Assembly: GCA_046538155.1 (NCBI GenBank)
Contig: JBKHJL010000003.1
Location: 1 to 44,054, forward strand
DNA: 44,054 bases
From: Candidatus Micrarchaeia archaeon
Lineage (GTDB): Archaea; Micrarchaeota; Micrarchaeia; Anstonellales; Bilamarchaeaceae
Direction of reading: 5' to 3'
Shown: positions 27,551 to 38,094 of the stretch, in pieces
Numbering within the stretch: position 1 is the stretch's first letter
Layout of the letters: the number at the start of each line of letters is the position of its first letter
The notes under the pieces: model-generated
What the model saw: only the letters and a program-made list of their open reading frames with translations
Database searches by the model: none
Told to the model about the DNA's origin: nothing
Translations under genes and position numbers: made by a program

Positions 27551-30466
27551 ATGCGGCGAATTGAAGTAAAACCAAGGGGCAGTCTCAGGGACCCTGCCTC
27601 TGCCACGCTGAAAAAAGATATTGGAGCAATGACCGGAAAGGACATTGCTGACCTCATGATAACTAAGTCGTATACCATCGATGCTCAGCTGTCTGATGAA
27701 GAAATGGAAAGGCTGGGTAAAGAGCTTTTCGCTGACACCATTGCTGAGGAATATACCTACAGAGAGCCGGCATACCTCCACACCTGGAGAATAGAAGTCG
27801 GGCTTCTCCCTGGGATGACTGACAATGTGGGCAGGACTGCGAGCACTGCTGTTCAGGATGTGCTTGGAAAACGGCCGGATGTCTATTTTTCAAAAGTATA
27901 TTATGTAGACGGGGAATTTGAAGACGAAACAGTACTTGATGAAATTGCGGAGAAGCTCCTTGCAAATAAAATGATAGAGAGATGGAGGGTCTTCTCTCCT
28001 GAACAAACGGAATTCAGCCCCTTCCCTGCGAAAGTTGAGCTGGAGCATACCCCCAAAGTAGAAAAAATAAACATGGATGTCAGCGCAGGGGAGCTGGAGG
28101 AAATGAGCAGGAAAAGGCTGCTTGCCCTTTCCCCGGAAGAGATGGAAGGGATAAAGGAGTATTACAAAAGAAAGGAGATAATAGAAGAAAGGGAAAATGT
28201 GGGGCTGGACAGCCGTGCAACAGATGTTGAGCTTGAGGCCCTTGCCCAGTCCTGGAGCGAGCACTGCAAGCACAAGATATTCAACTCAGAAATAGAATAT
28301 TATGAGAATGGGGAAAAGGTTGAAGAAATAAACTCCATTTTCAGCACCTACATAAAAGGAGCAACGGAAAGGGCGATGAAACCATATGTGGTTTCCGTTT
28401 TCAAGGACAATGGAGGAATAATAAAATTCAACCTTGAGCATGATGTTGCAGTAAAGGTGGAGACACACAATGCCCCTTCAGCACTGGACCCCTACGGGGG
28501 CGCAATAACCGGCATACTTGGGGTAAACCGTGATGTTCTTGGCACAGGGATGGGGGCAAAGCCTGTTGCAAACATGGACATGCTCTGTTTTGGATACCTT
28601 GATGAAAAAGAAGTTCCGGATGGGGCTATGCACCCAAAGCGCATAGCAAAAGGAGTAGTAAAGGGAATAGAAGGGGGCGGAAACCCTGTAGGGATACCTA
28701 CAGTAAACGGCTCCATAACATTTGAAAAATGCTATGCCGCACGGCCCCTTGTATATGCAGGCACAGTGGGAATAATGCCCAACCAGGTCAACGGAAAGCC
28801 TTCATCAGAAAAAGAGGTTGAGCCGGGAAGCCTGGCGGTCATGGTAGGCGGTAGAATAGGAAAAGACGGGATACACGGGGCAACATTTTCATCCCAACAA
28901 CTTACTACAGAAGTGAGCTCAAGCGTTGTCCAGATAGGCGATGCGATAACCCAGAAAAAAGTAATAGACCTTGTGCTGGAAGCACGGGACAGGGGGCTGT
29001 TTGATGCAATAACTGACAATGGGGCAGGGGGGCTGTCATCCAGCATAGGGGAGATGGCCCAGTTTTCCGGGGGATGTGAAATTTACCTGGACAAATGCCC
29101 CCTGAAATACAAAGGACTTGACCCCTGGGAAATACTGCTTTCAGAATCACAGGAAAGAATGACACTTGCGATTCCCAGGGAAAAATGGAAGGAGCTGCAG
29201 AAGCTTGCGGAAAAGCACGATGTGGAAGCAACAGTTGTGGGTACATTTACGGACAGCGGATACTTCCACATCATGTATAATGAAGAAACAGTGGGATACC
29301 TGAGCATGGAATTCCTGCATGAAGGAATGGGAAAACTAAAGCTTAAGGCCAGCTGGGAAGAAAAGCTGCAGCCTGAGCCAAACCTTACAGAAACAGACCC
29401 GAATGAAATACTTCTGCGGCTTCTTGCTGCCCCGAACATCGCTTCAAAGGAGTGGGTGATAAGACAGTATGACCATGAGGTGCAGGGAGGAAGTGTAATA
29501 AAACCGGTCATGTGCGGAAACGGGACCTCGGACGGAGGGGTGATAAGGCCGCTTCTGGACTGCCAGGAAGGCCTGGTTATAAGCCATGGAATCTGCCCCA
29601 GGCAGGTTGAGGACTCTTACCACATGGCCCAGCTTGCGGTAGATGAAGCAGTGAGAAATGCTGTTGCTTCCGGAGCAATGTTCGGCTACCTCGCGGGGCT
29701 GGACAACTTCTCCTGGCCTGACCCGGTAAAATCCGAAAAGAACCCTGATGGAGATTACAAACTTGCCCAGCTGGTGCGCTGTGCAAAAGGCCTGCATGAT
29801 GCAGCAGTTGCTTACAGGATTCCTTTAATTTCCGGAAAAGACAGCATGAAAAACGATTATTATTCCGGAGGAGAGAAATATTCCATAAACCCCACCCTGC
29901 TGGTAACCATAGTGGGCAAAATACAGGATATTGAAGAGTCGGTTACCTGCAATTTCAAGAACCCGGGTGATTCCATATACCTCCTTGGAAAAACCAGGGG
30001 TGCGCTCGGGGGCAGTGAATACTACAAGGCATACGGAGGAGTTGGAAACGGGATGCCAAAAGTGGACCTGGAAGCTAACTCTTCACTTTACAATGCAGTT
30101 TCAAAGGCAGCGGCCGATGGGCTTCTCAGCTCTGCCCATGATGTTTCTGATGGGGGGATCGCTGTGGCCCTGGCAGAATGCACAATGGGGGGATTGCGGG
30201 GGGCAGATTTTGAAATCAGAGAAGCAGAAAGCGAAACAGAAGACGAAAGGGCGTTTCTGTTTTCAGAGGACCCGGGGCGTTTCATTGTAAGCGTCTCCTC
30301 GGAAAATGAAAACCGATTCAGGCAGATATTCTCCGGGCTTCCCGCTGCAAAAGTGGGCAGGGTTCGGGGGGACAAGAGAATGGTTATACGGAAGGATGGA
30401 AAGATGATTGTGAACCAGGATGTCATGGAAATGAAAGCGCTTTGGAGGAGGGCATTGAAATGGTAG
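27551..30466 (+). CDS. purL: FGAM synthase PurL with N-terminal PurS-like modules
   Basis: QSWSEHCKHKIF, KVETHNAPS, GRIGKDGIHGA, DNGAGG, LSESQERM, QYDHEV, SGKDS and HDVSDGG. Confidence 0.95.
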   Translation: MRRIEVKPRGSLRDPASATLKKDIGAMTGKDIADLMITKSYTIDAQLSDEEMERLGKELFADTIAEEYTYREPAYLHTWRIEVGLLPGMTDNVGRTASTAVQDVLGKRPDVYFSKVYYVDGEFEDETVLDEIAEKLLANKMIERWRVFSPEQTEFSPFPAKVELEHTPKVEKINMDVSAGELEEMSRKRLLALSPEEMEGIKEYYKRKEIIEERENVGLDSRATDVELEALAQSWSEHCKHKIFNSEIEYYENGEKVEEINSIFSTYIKGATERAMKPYVVSVFKDNGGIIKFNLEHDVAVKVETHNAPSALDPYGGAITGILGVNRDVLGTGMGAKPVANMDMLCFGYLDEKEVPDGAMHPKRIAKGVVKGIEGGGNPVGIPTVNGSITFEKCYAARPLVYAGTVGIMPNQVNGKPSSEKEVEPGSLAVMVGGRIGKDGIHGATFSSQQLTTEVSSSVVQIGDAITQKKVIDLVLEARDRGLFDAITDNGAGGLSSSIGEMAQFSGGCEIYLDKCPLKYKGLDPWEILLSESQERMTLAIPREKWKELQKLAEKHDVEATVVGTFTDSGYFHIMYNEETVGYLSMEFLHEGMGKLKLKASWEEKLQPEPNLTETDPNEILLRLLAAPNIASKEWVIRQYDHEVQGGSVIKPVMCGNGTSDGGVIRPLLDCQEGLVISHGICPRQVEDSYHMAQLAVDEAVRNAVASGAMFGYLAGLDNFSWPDPVKSEKNPDGDYKLAQLVRCAKGLHDAAVAYRIPLISGKDSMKNDYYSGGEKYSINPTLLVTIVGKIQDIEESVTCNFKNPGDSIYLLGKTRGALGGSEYYKAYGGVGNGMPKVDLEANSSLYNAVSKAAADGLLSSAHDVSDGGIAVALAECTMGGLRGADFEIREAESETEDERAFLFSEDPGRFIVSVSSENENRFRQIFSGLPAAKVGRVRGDKRMVIRKDGKMIVNQDVMEMKALWRRALKW

Positions 30467-31239
30467 GCAAGACAAATGCGCTTGTGCTGAATGGGTATGG
30501 GATAAACTGCCCGGTGGAAACCACTTATGCAGTAAAGGAAGCTGGGGGAAACGCGGAGATAATGCACGTAAGCAGGGTCCTGGAAAGCCCTTCCATTCTT
30601 GAAAAATACAATTTTCTGATTATACCTGGGGGATTTTCTTTCGGGGACGATATTGGCTCGGGAAAAGTGCTTGCAAACAGGCTCAGGTACAGGGCAGGAA
30701 AAGAGTTGCAGGAATTCATAAACAGCGGAAAGCTTGTGCTCGGGATCTGCAACGGATTCCAGGTACTTGTGAAGATGGGGCTGCTTCCGGAACCAGATTT
30801 CAGGCAGAGAGTAACCATAACCTACAATGAATCAGGGAAATTTGAAGACCGCTGGGTAGCGCTGAAAATAAACGAGCGCTCCCCATGTATATTCACGAGG
30901 GAACTCGGAGAAATAGAACTCCCGGTACGGCACGGGGAAGGAAGATTCATACCAGAAACAGGAGAAATACTGGATGGGATTATGAAAGACAACCTGAATG
31001 TTATGCAATATGCCGGACCGGACGGGGGGCAGGGAAAATACCCCTGGAACCCCAATGGCTCTGTAAAAGGCATTGCCGGAATCTGCGACAAAAGCGGGCA
31101 GACACTGGGGATGATGCCCCACCCCGAAGCCTACAACCACCGCACAAACCACCCCTGCTGGGCAGGAAGAACGGGCTCCACCGGAAGGGGGCTGTCGCTA
31201 TTCCGCAATGCTGTTTCATATCTTGAGCAGGAGTGGTGA
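30460..31239 (+). CDS. purQ: FGAM synthase glutaminase subunit
   Basis: GYGINC, PGGFSFGD, GICNGFQ, HGEG, NPNGS and GMMPHPE. Confidence 0.95.
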   Translation: MVGKTNALVLNGYGINCPVETTYAVKEAGGNAEIMHVSRVLESPSILEKYNFLIIPGGFSFGDDIGSGKVLANRLRYRAGKELQEFINSGKLVLGICNGFQVLVKMGLLPEPDFRQRVTITYNESGKFEDRWVALKINERSPCIFTRELGEIELPVRHGEGRFIPETGEILDGIMKDNLNVMQYAGPDGGQGKYPWNPNGSVKGIAGICDKSGQTLGMMPHPEAYNHRTNHPCWAGRTGSTGRGLSLFRNAVSYLEQEW

Positions 31240-31242
31240 GCA

Positions 31243-31728
31243 ATGGGAAGGAGGAACCTGGAATCAAGGGCAACCGGGGAAAAGAACTCTCTGAGGCACC
31301 TCTGGGAAAGCAGGGACCCTCTCCGGGTTGTTTTTAATTTTCTTGTGATTTACACTGCAAAATATGTTCCATTCCTGGAATTGAAAAACGACCTGCTCAG
31401 GCTGACAGGCATGAGGATAGGGGAAAACGTTTCAATCGGGCTGGCGGCAATGTTTGACATCTTTTACCCTGAGCTTATAGAAATAGGAGAAAATTCAGTG
31501 GTCGGATACAATGTCACAATACTTGCACACGAATACCTGATAAAGGAAATGCGTGTGGGGAAAGTAAAAATCGGTAAAAACGTAATGCTTGGGGCAAATT
31601 CCACTGTCCTTGCAGGGGTGAGCATAGGGGATGGTGCCACTGTTTCCGCAGCAACCCTTGTAGACAGAACAGTGCCAAAAAAAAACTTTGCAAAAGGCAA
31701 TCCAATGAAGGTTGTGAAGAAAAAATGA
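31243..31728 (+). CDS. Hexapeptide-repeat (LbH) acyltransferase, YvoF-like
   Basis: IGENVSIG, IGENSVVGYNVTILAHE, IGKNVMLGANSTVLAGVSIG and GNP. Confidence 0.85.
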   Translation: MGRRNLESRATGEKNSLRHLWESRDPLRVVFNFLVIYTAKYVPFLELKNDLLRLTGMRIGENVSIGLAAMFDIFYPELIEIGENSVVGYNVTILAHEYLIKEMRVGKVKIGKNVMLGANSTVLAGVSIGDGATVSAATLVDRTVPKKNFAKGNPMKVVKKK

Positions 31729-32315
31729 ACATCTGGAGATTCCTGTTTTACCTGCTCTGTGGCCTCTCTTTCTTCTTTGGATTTCTTACATACTATTACC
31801 AAATTCCGGAATTTCCGCCATGGCTCTGGGTTTTTATTCCGGACTGTCCGCTGTATGTAGGGCTTCTCCTGCTGGTGGTTATATTCGGAATACAAAACCG
31901 GCTTTGCAGATTTATTGCGGGCGCAGGACTAGTGAAATACGGGCTCTGGACACTGATGATTTTCGGGCTTTTTCCGGAAAGGTATTTTTCCCCGCTTTGC
32001 CTCAACACAACCAGCATACTGATTGTGGGGCACCTGCTGATGATTATGGCTGCCTGGGTAATCTTGCCGAAAAAACTGGGGAATGGATATTTGATGCTGG
32101 TCCTGGGGTGGTTCCTCCTTAATGACATTATAGATTACTGGGGGGGAACAAAGCCCCTCTTTCCGGGAGGGAAGGATGAGATTGTTATGGCGGCTTCGAT
32201 AGGTTTAAGTTTTGTTTCTGTGTTTGTGCCTTACCTGTCCAGGGAAATCGGGCAGAAGCCCTTCTTCCGGGCAATGCGTTCTGCATTGGGTGTTAAAGAT
32301 GAAAATCAGGTTTGA
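31725..32315 (+). CDS. DUF1405 (YpjA-like) membrane protein
   Basis: FIPDCPL, VKYGLW, H-x-x-M and NDIIDY motifs. Confidence 0.8.
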   Translation: MNIWRFLFYLLCGLSFFFGFLTYYYQIPEFPPWLWVFIPDCPLYVGLLLLVVIFGIQNRLCRFIAGAGLVKYGLWTLMIFGLFPERYFSPLCLNTTSILIVGHLLMIMAAWVILPKKLGNGYLMLVLGWFLLNDIIDYWGGTKPLFPGGKDEIVMAASIGLSFVSVFVPYLSREIGQKPFFRAMRSALGVKDENQV

Positions 32316-33765
32316 AAAAAAAGAAGTTGAAGAAATTGAAACAGAACTGCTTGTTGTGCCCTGCATAAAAGGGAGAAGGCCCGCCTGGTCTTCTGAAATC
32401 CTCAAAAAAAGCGGTGTGGAGGACAATTTCGGAGGTGAAAAAGAAAAATCCCTTTTTGTGCCAGTCCCGGACAGAGGATACCGGCGGCTGCTTTTCATTG
32501 GAATAGGAAAGGAAGCAAAGGCAAAAATAGAAAACTTCAGAGAGGCCGGGGGAAAGGCATATTCACTGGTGTCCGGAAAAAAAATAAAAAAATGCGGAGT
32601 CTGGGTAAGCGGAAAAATGGAGCTTGACCGGGGGGATGCCCTGCAGGCATTTGCAGAAGGATTTGCCCTGAAGAGCCAGCGGACAGATGTTTACAAAACA
32701 GAGAAGAAAGAGGAAAAGAAGAAAGACGTGGAAGAACTTGTTATTTTTTCTGAAGAGGACTACTCAAGGCGGGCAAGAGAAGCAGAAATACTCTCAACTG
32801 CACAAAACTATGCCCGGAGGCTGGACATGGAGCCCTCAAATGTAATGAGCCCCCAGAGAATAGCAGATGAGGCGTTGATGCTGGCAAAAAAATACGGGAT
32901 GGACTGCCGGGTTTACAGCAGGGGAGAGCTGGAAAAAAAAGGGATGGGGGGAATACTTGCAGTGGGAAGGGGAAGCGCAAAGCCCCCAACCTTTGTGAGA
33001 ATAGTATACAACCAGGGAAAAAACCTGCCCCACATTGCACTTGTGGGAAAAGCAATCACTTTTGACAGTGGAGGGATTTCCATAAAGCCAGGAAAGGGAA
33101 TGGCAAGCATGAAATATGACAAGAGCGGGGCGCTTGTTCTCCTGGGAGTGATGAAGGCACTTGCTGAACTGAAGGTGCCGGTAAAGGCAACCCTCATCTT
33201 CGGGGCCGCCGAGAATATGCCTGATGGGAATTCCGTGAACCCTGGGGACATAATAAAATCTTACAACGGAAAAACAATAGAGATAATTAACACCGATGCA
33301 GAAGGAAGAGTCTGTCTTGCAGACTCTGTTGCATATGCTGCAGAAATGAAGCCTGCCCTGATTCTAGATATGGCCACGCTTACCGGAGCAGCAAATGTGA
33401 TACTGGGCCGCCATGGAATATGCATGATGGGAACTGAGGGGAAGGCAATGGAGCTGCTTGAAGAGGCAGGGAAAGAAACCTACGAAAGGGTGTGGCCCCT
33501 GCCTGTATGGGAGGAATATTCAGAAATGGTGAAGAGCGATATTGCGGATGTGAAAAACATAGGGAGCGAACAGGGAGAGGCGGGAACCATAACCGCAGGG
33601 ATTTTCATAAAAGAGTTCGTGGGCAAAACTCCCTGGATACACCTTGACATCGCAAGTGTTGACCTTATTGAACACCCTGGCGCTTATCTCCCCAAGGGCC
33701 CGAGCGCAAGAGGAGTGCGGCTTGTTACCTCATTTATCAGAAAATGGACACAGAAAAAGCAATGA
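32299..33765 (+). CDS. pepA: Leucyl aminopeptidase (M17)
   Basis: VGKAITFDSGG, MKYDKSG, NTDAEGR, ATLTGA and WIHLDIA. Start taken at MKIRFE (32299). Confidence 0.95.
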   Translation: MKIRFEKKEVEEIETELLVVPCIKGRRPAWSSEILKKSGVEDNFGGEKEKSLFVPVPDRGYRRLLFIGIGKEAKAKIENFREAGGKAYSLVSGKKIKKCGVWVSGKMELDRGDALQAFAEGFALKSQRTDVYKTEKKEEKKKDVEELVIFSEEDYSRRAREAEILSTAQNYARRLDMEPSNVMSPQRIADEALMLAKKYGMDCRVYSRGELEKKGMGGILAVGRGSAKPPTFVRIVYNQGKNLPHIALVGKAITFDSGGISIKPGKGMASMKYDKSGALVLLGVMKALAELKVPVKATLIFGAAENMPDGNSVNPGDIIKSYNGKTIEIINTDAEGRVCLADSVAYAAEMKPALILDMATLTGAANVILGRHGICMMGTEGKAMELLEEAGKETYERVWPLPVWEEYSEMVKSDIADVKNIGSEQGEAGTITAGIFIKEFVGKTPWIHLDIASVDLIEHPGAYLPKGPSARGVRLVTSFIRKWTQKKQ

Positions 33766-33798
33766 TAACTAATTAAATAATTTGTGAGATATAAAACT

Positions 33799-36700
33799 AT
33801 GAATACTAAAATTCTGCTTGTTTTATTAGTGGGCTTGGTTTGTGTGGGGTTTTCTGCTTCTGAGGAATACCCCCGGCCCTGGGAAAACGACACCTGGCTG
33901 CAGGAAAACCCATATGCAGCAAGCTTTTTTGAAATGCCTGCCCTTGCTTCTTCGGGCTCAATGCTTGAGGAAGAAGACAGGGAAGCGCTTGAGGATCTTC
34001 TTCAGACAACTGTTCCTGATTTCCAGAACAGCCTGGAAGAGCTGCAGCTGGAAAAGGTTAAATCTGGGATCTCCCTGCGTAGGGAAAATGCATCATACAT
34101 TAGTGCTGCCGCAGAAAAAAAAGAAGATGCGGCAGAAATAAAGCTTGATGTTGAGGACCTAGTTCCGGGAAAGTGTAGCTGGGACATATTTACGTATCCC
34201 TGGGACTGGACAGACTGTGCAGAATATTCCCTCCTCGGGCTGGAGAAGTATGGAGAAAAGGTAAATGGGAAGAGGGCAGAGTTTGAGGTGTGGAGAGAAA
34301 AACTTGTATACGGCGGGGTGTGCAATGACAATTATACCGGAGGTGGAAGTGAATACTGTGGAATGCCTCTGGAGGATGTTGAGTGTGAAATTTCAGAGAT
34401 ATGGAATGCAGTACCCGGGTTTTCCTGGTATTACGGGTGCGTGGAAGAGCACTGGAGCACGATTGACGCACTTGATGAGAAGATAGACAGCATAAACCAG
34501 ACCTACCGGGAACTGGGTGATTCCTGCGAAGAGGGGAAAGCACTTGCAGAAGAGAAAAAGGGGCTTGTGGAAGATGTTGTTTCTGAAATGGAGCAGGAAG
34601 AGATAAGCAGGATATACCGGAGCAGCTATGGGGAGAGCAACAGCCGGGCCCAGGGGATTAGGGGAGAATATGAAGAACTCATAGGAATAAAGGAACTTGC
34701 GGACGAAGCCTTCCAAAGGGCAGAAAATGCTGAAGAGGGGGACAGGGGATGGATAAATGACTGTATAATGGGGAGCGGAACCGCGGTTTCAGGTTATACT
34801 GTGATTGCCCAGAGCGGGATAATGGATGAGGCTGAAGAAGTTGTCTGGGAGTATGGGGAAGAAGCGGAGGAACTGCTGGAAGAGGCAAAAGCAATGGAAA
34901 ATAAAATGGGGGAAAGAGGAAAGGCCTGGCTGGAGGATGCAAAGGGCTACTGCCGCATCGGAAGTTCGGGGAGCTTGGGGGAGCGCTTTGAAGATTATGG
35001 AAAGTGTAAGAAATATGCAAACATGGCCCTGAATTCTGCAGAGCAGGAGGAGGGGGCAGAAGAAGCAATAATAACCGAGGAGCTGGAGTGGCTGGAGGAA
35101 TTCATAGAAAAGGCGAAGGCAGATGGAATAGACACCCATACTGAAGAAGTGCAATATGCGCTGCTGGAGCAGACAATGCCCTCCAACTATCAGGAAATAA
35201 TTGAAAACATAGAAGAAGGAATTCTGGAAAAGGCGGAAAACAGGTATGGGGACCTGCCTGAAAGAAGGGCATATATCCTTGACCAGATAAGCATGGACGG
35301 CTCTAAGCCGAGTTTCCTTGAAACCTGGCTAAAGGGAGAGGAGTGCTATGATGGGGATGAACTTGATTACCGCTGCGCACTGGGGACGCTTTCCGAAATA
35401 GAGGAATCATATGATGAGATAGAAGCAGAATTTATGGCAAACAGGAATTCGCTTGTGCAGAACTCTATTATTGTTGATGCTTATGAGCAGATTGGCATAC
35501 CTGCACTGGACGGCAACACGAGCCAGTATCTCTATGTGGACATAAAGAACCCCACTAAATATTCTGGAGAAGGAGTAACTGTAGAAGCACATACAGATGT
35601 GGAATACCGGAAGATTGACCTGGTCCGGGGAAAAGAAGAAGTAAGGTTGGTAACCCCGAAAAGAGGCAGGATTGAAATAGAGCTTACAGAGATAAACGCA
35701 AGTGAGACGATATCCCTTATCTTCAAAAAAGAAGGAATTGTCTGCAGGACAAAAAAGCATGAAGAAGAAGCGGAGGGAGACAGTGAAGGCGGGGCAGACG
35801 TGAAGCATGAGATAAAGATTTCCTGTGAAGAGGATGTCGGAGGGTTGATAATCGGGGATTATCCAGGTGTGGAAAGCGTAACCATTGATGGGATAACCGT
35901 CCCATACACAGGAGATGGGATAGCCCGGCCTCTTGCAAAAGGAACACATACCCTGGAACTGTACACCCATGATTATGATGCATATGACGTTGAAAGGGGG
36001 GTCTCCTTCATAACAACCTTCGGGCAGACCACCAATGTGGAGCTATTCTTCACCTTCCATCCAAAGAGAGACCTGGAATATATTGCATATTCAAGTACAG
36101 AAGAGGGAAAGGGAATGGAGGAAATTGATATTTTTGGTTACACTGGGGAGAGGATCACAGAAAAAAACATAATCGGGGAAAGCACTGTGTTTTTCAAGGT
36201 GCACGACCTTGAGGCAGGAAAGCCAACGAAAGTCAGGGTAAGCTACGAGATGAACAACCTTGAGGAGTATGTTAATGAGCAGGTACTGCTTTACCAGGGG
36301 ATGAACCTGAGCAGCGGGGAAACTGCAATCCTGGAGGAAACACTGACATACCTCCAGCAGGGTGATGAGGAAAGCGCTTATGAAAAAATAGAAGACCTCA
36401 GGGATTTGGTTGAGAACAGGGAGAAAAAAGAAGAAAACGTGCTGAAAAAACATGAAAAACTGAAGGAAGAGATGGAAGAGAAAATAAGCCAGTTAGAGAA
36501 TGCTCTGCAGGTTGCAGAAAACCTCGGGGTAAACAATACTTATACCCGGGAAATGGAGGCACGGGTGACTGAGCTGCGCAGTGCTATTGAAGAAGACGTT
36601 CCGGAAGGGGCCCTGATAAGCCCGCTTGAAAGTATAGACAAGGGATGGGAAAAAAAGAAGATAACCAAGATATCCAAAGCACTGCTGAACAGGGAAAAAG

Positions 36701-37470
36701 AGATAAAAGAAAGATGGGCGGACACAGGTTATTACGGAGAGAATACTGAGGAGGCTATCACTGAAGTAGAAGAGAAAAACAGCCAGTTCTCGGGAAGCCT
36801 CAATCTTGACGATGCAATGGAGGCATTTGATGCGGCGCTCAGGGCAGAAGCGGTGCTGGATGCGGCAGAAGAAAGCAAATCTGAGGAAGATATGGTAATG
36901 GAGGCGGCCCTTGAGGAAATTGTAGCTGAAGCATATGATGTGCTTGAGGAGTATACACGGGAATACGAAGAAGCCGATGAAACCCATCTTGAAGGCAACT
37001 TTCTGCTTAAGCCATATGAAGTGAGCAGATACCTGAAAAAAGCAGATGAAACAGAAAACTGTGGGGAAACAATAGGGGAAATTGAAAAAATGACAGGAAA
37101 GATGGAGGGAACCCTTGAACTCCTTAAAAACGAGGAGGAGAGGCTCGGGGAAAATCTGGAGGCGCTCTACGGGAAGCAGAAAGAAAACATGGCAGACAAG
37201 GACCGGAACTTTGTGGAAAGCGCAATGGCAACCGCAGAAAACTATGCAGGGAACGGAGAATATGTGCGGGCAATAAAAAGCCTGGAAGCAGGCCTGGACA
37301 AGATGAAGAACTTTGAGCGGAAGCAGGACGGCCTGCTCATACTCGCGATTACCGGTCTTTTGGTACTGGGGATAGTCGGGCTCTATCTGATGAGGGAAAG
37401 AATCCCGCCCAATATCCTGGGGCAGGGTAAAAAAGAGAAAACATACAGAAAGCTTAAGAGGGAGCAATGA
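33799..37470 (+). CDS. Large acidic cell-surface protein (signal peptide, Cys-containing helical region, beta-rich middle, long coiled coil, C-terminal TM plus basic tail)
   Basis: N-terminus MNTKILLVLLVGLVCVGFSA; C-terminal LLILAITGLLVLGIVGLYLM followed by KKEKTYRKLKRE. Confidence 0.8.
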   Translation: MNTKILLVLLVGLVCVGFSASEEYPRPWENDTWLQENPYAASFFEMPALASSGSMLEEEDREALEDLLQTTVPDFQNSLEELQLEKVKSGISLRRENASYISAAAEKKEDAAEIKLDVEDLVPGKCSWDIFTYPWDWTDCAEYSLLGLEKYGEKVNGKRAEFEVWREKLVYGGVCNDNYTGGGSEYCGMPLEDVECEISEIWNAVPGFSWYYGCVEEHWSTIDALDEKIDSINQTYRELGDSCEEGKALAEEKKGLVEDVVSEMEQEEISRIYRSSYGESNSRAQGIRGEYEELIGIKELADEAFQRAENAEEGDRGWINDCIMGSGTAVSGYTVIAQSGIMDEAEEVVWEYGEEAEELLEEAKAMENKMGERGKAWLEDAKGYCRIGSSGSLGERFEDYGKCKKYANMALNSAEQEEGAEEAIITEELEWLEEFIEKAKADGIDTHTEEVQYALLEQTMPSNYQEIIENIEEGILEKAENRYGDLPERRAYILDQISMDGSKPSFLETWLKGEECYDGDELDYRCALGTLSEIEESYDEIEAEFMANRNSLVQNSIIVDAYEQIGIPALDGNTSQYLYVDIKNPTKYSGEGVTVEAHTDVEYRKIDLVRGKEEVRLVTPKRGRIEIELTEINASETISLIFKKEGIVCRTKKHEEEAEGDSEGGADVKHEIKISCEEDVGGLIIGDYPGVESVTIDGITVPYTGDGIARPLAKGTHTLELYTHDYDAYDVERGVSFITTFGQTTNVELFFTFHPKRDLEYIAYSSTEEGKGMEEIDIFGYTGERITEKNIIGESTVFFKVHDLEAGKPTKVRVSYEMNNLEEYVNEQVLLYQGMNLSSGETAILEETLTYLQQGDEESAYEKIEDLRDLVENREKKEENVLKKHEKLKEEMEEKISQLENALQVAENLGVNNTYTREMEARVTELRSAIEEDVPEGALISPLESIDKGWEKKKITKISKALLNREKEIKERWADTGYYGENTEEAITEVEEKNSQFSGSLNLDDAMEAFDAALRAEAVLDAAEESKSEEDMVMEAALEEIVAEAYDVLEEYTREYEEADETHLEGNFLLKPYEVSRYLKKADETENCGETIGEIEKMTGKMEGTLELLKNEEERLGENLEALYGKQKENMADKDRNFVESAMATAENYAGNGEYVRAIKSLEAGLDKMKNFERKQDGLLILAITGLLVLGIVGLYLMRERIPPNILGQGKKEKTYRKLKREQ

Positions 37471-37482
37471 GGGTGTGGTAGG

Positions 37483-38094
37483 ATGCAGGGATGGCAAACT
37501 CTTCTGGCAATTTTCGTAATTGCCTTCATAGTTCAGCTGGGAGTACCTGGGTTTACAGAAGGATTGTATTTTGACCCATCAAACCTGATGCCATGGATGT
37601 TCATTACCAGCTGTTTCCTGCACGGGGGGCTGATGCATCTTTTCTTCAATTCATTTTCCCTGCTTATTTTCGGGCCCTACCTGGAAAGGGAAATCGGCAC
37701 AAAAAATTTCCTTTTGCTCTTCCTGGCTGCAGGAATAGCAGGAAACATTACCTATTACATTACAATCATAATGGAAATCATTCCTTTGGTACCTGCACTC
37801 GGGGCAAGTGGGGGAATCTTTGGGATACTGGGTGCACTTGCAATGCTCAGGCCGGACATGCGGGTTTTTGTGTTCTTTATTCCCATGCCCATACAAGCGG
37901 CTGCGGCACTCTGGTTCGTGCTTGAGCTCATGGGTTCATTTAACCCGGGCTCAGGAATAGCAAATGCTGCACACCTTGGAGGTCTCATACTGGGGCTGGC
38001 TTACGGAACGTATTATGAAAGGAAACGGAGGGAGGAATTTGTGTTCCAGCACAGTGGAGATGCCAGCGGGGGCTGGGACGGGGACTATATCTAA
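37483..38094 (+). CDS. Rhomboid family intramembrane serine protease
   Basis: FLHGGLMHLFFN, GASG (catalytic Ser) and AHLGG (catalytic His). Confidence 0.93.
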   Translation: MQGWQTLLAIFVIAFIVQLGVPGFTEGLYFDPSNLMPWMFITSCFLHGGLMHLFFNSFSLLIFGPYLEREIGTKNFLLLFLAAGIAGNITYYITIIMEIIPLVPALGASGGIFGILGALAMLRPDMRVFVFFIPMPIQAAAALWFVLELMGSFNPGSGIANAAHLGGLILGLAYGTYYERKRREEFVFQHSGDASGGWDGDYI

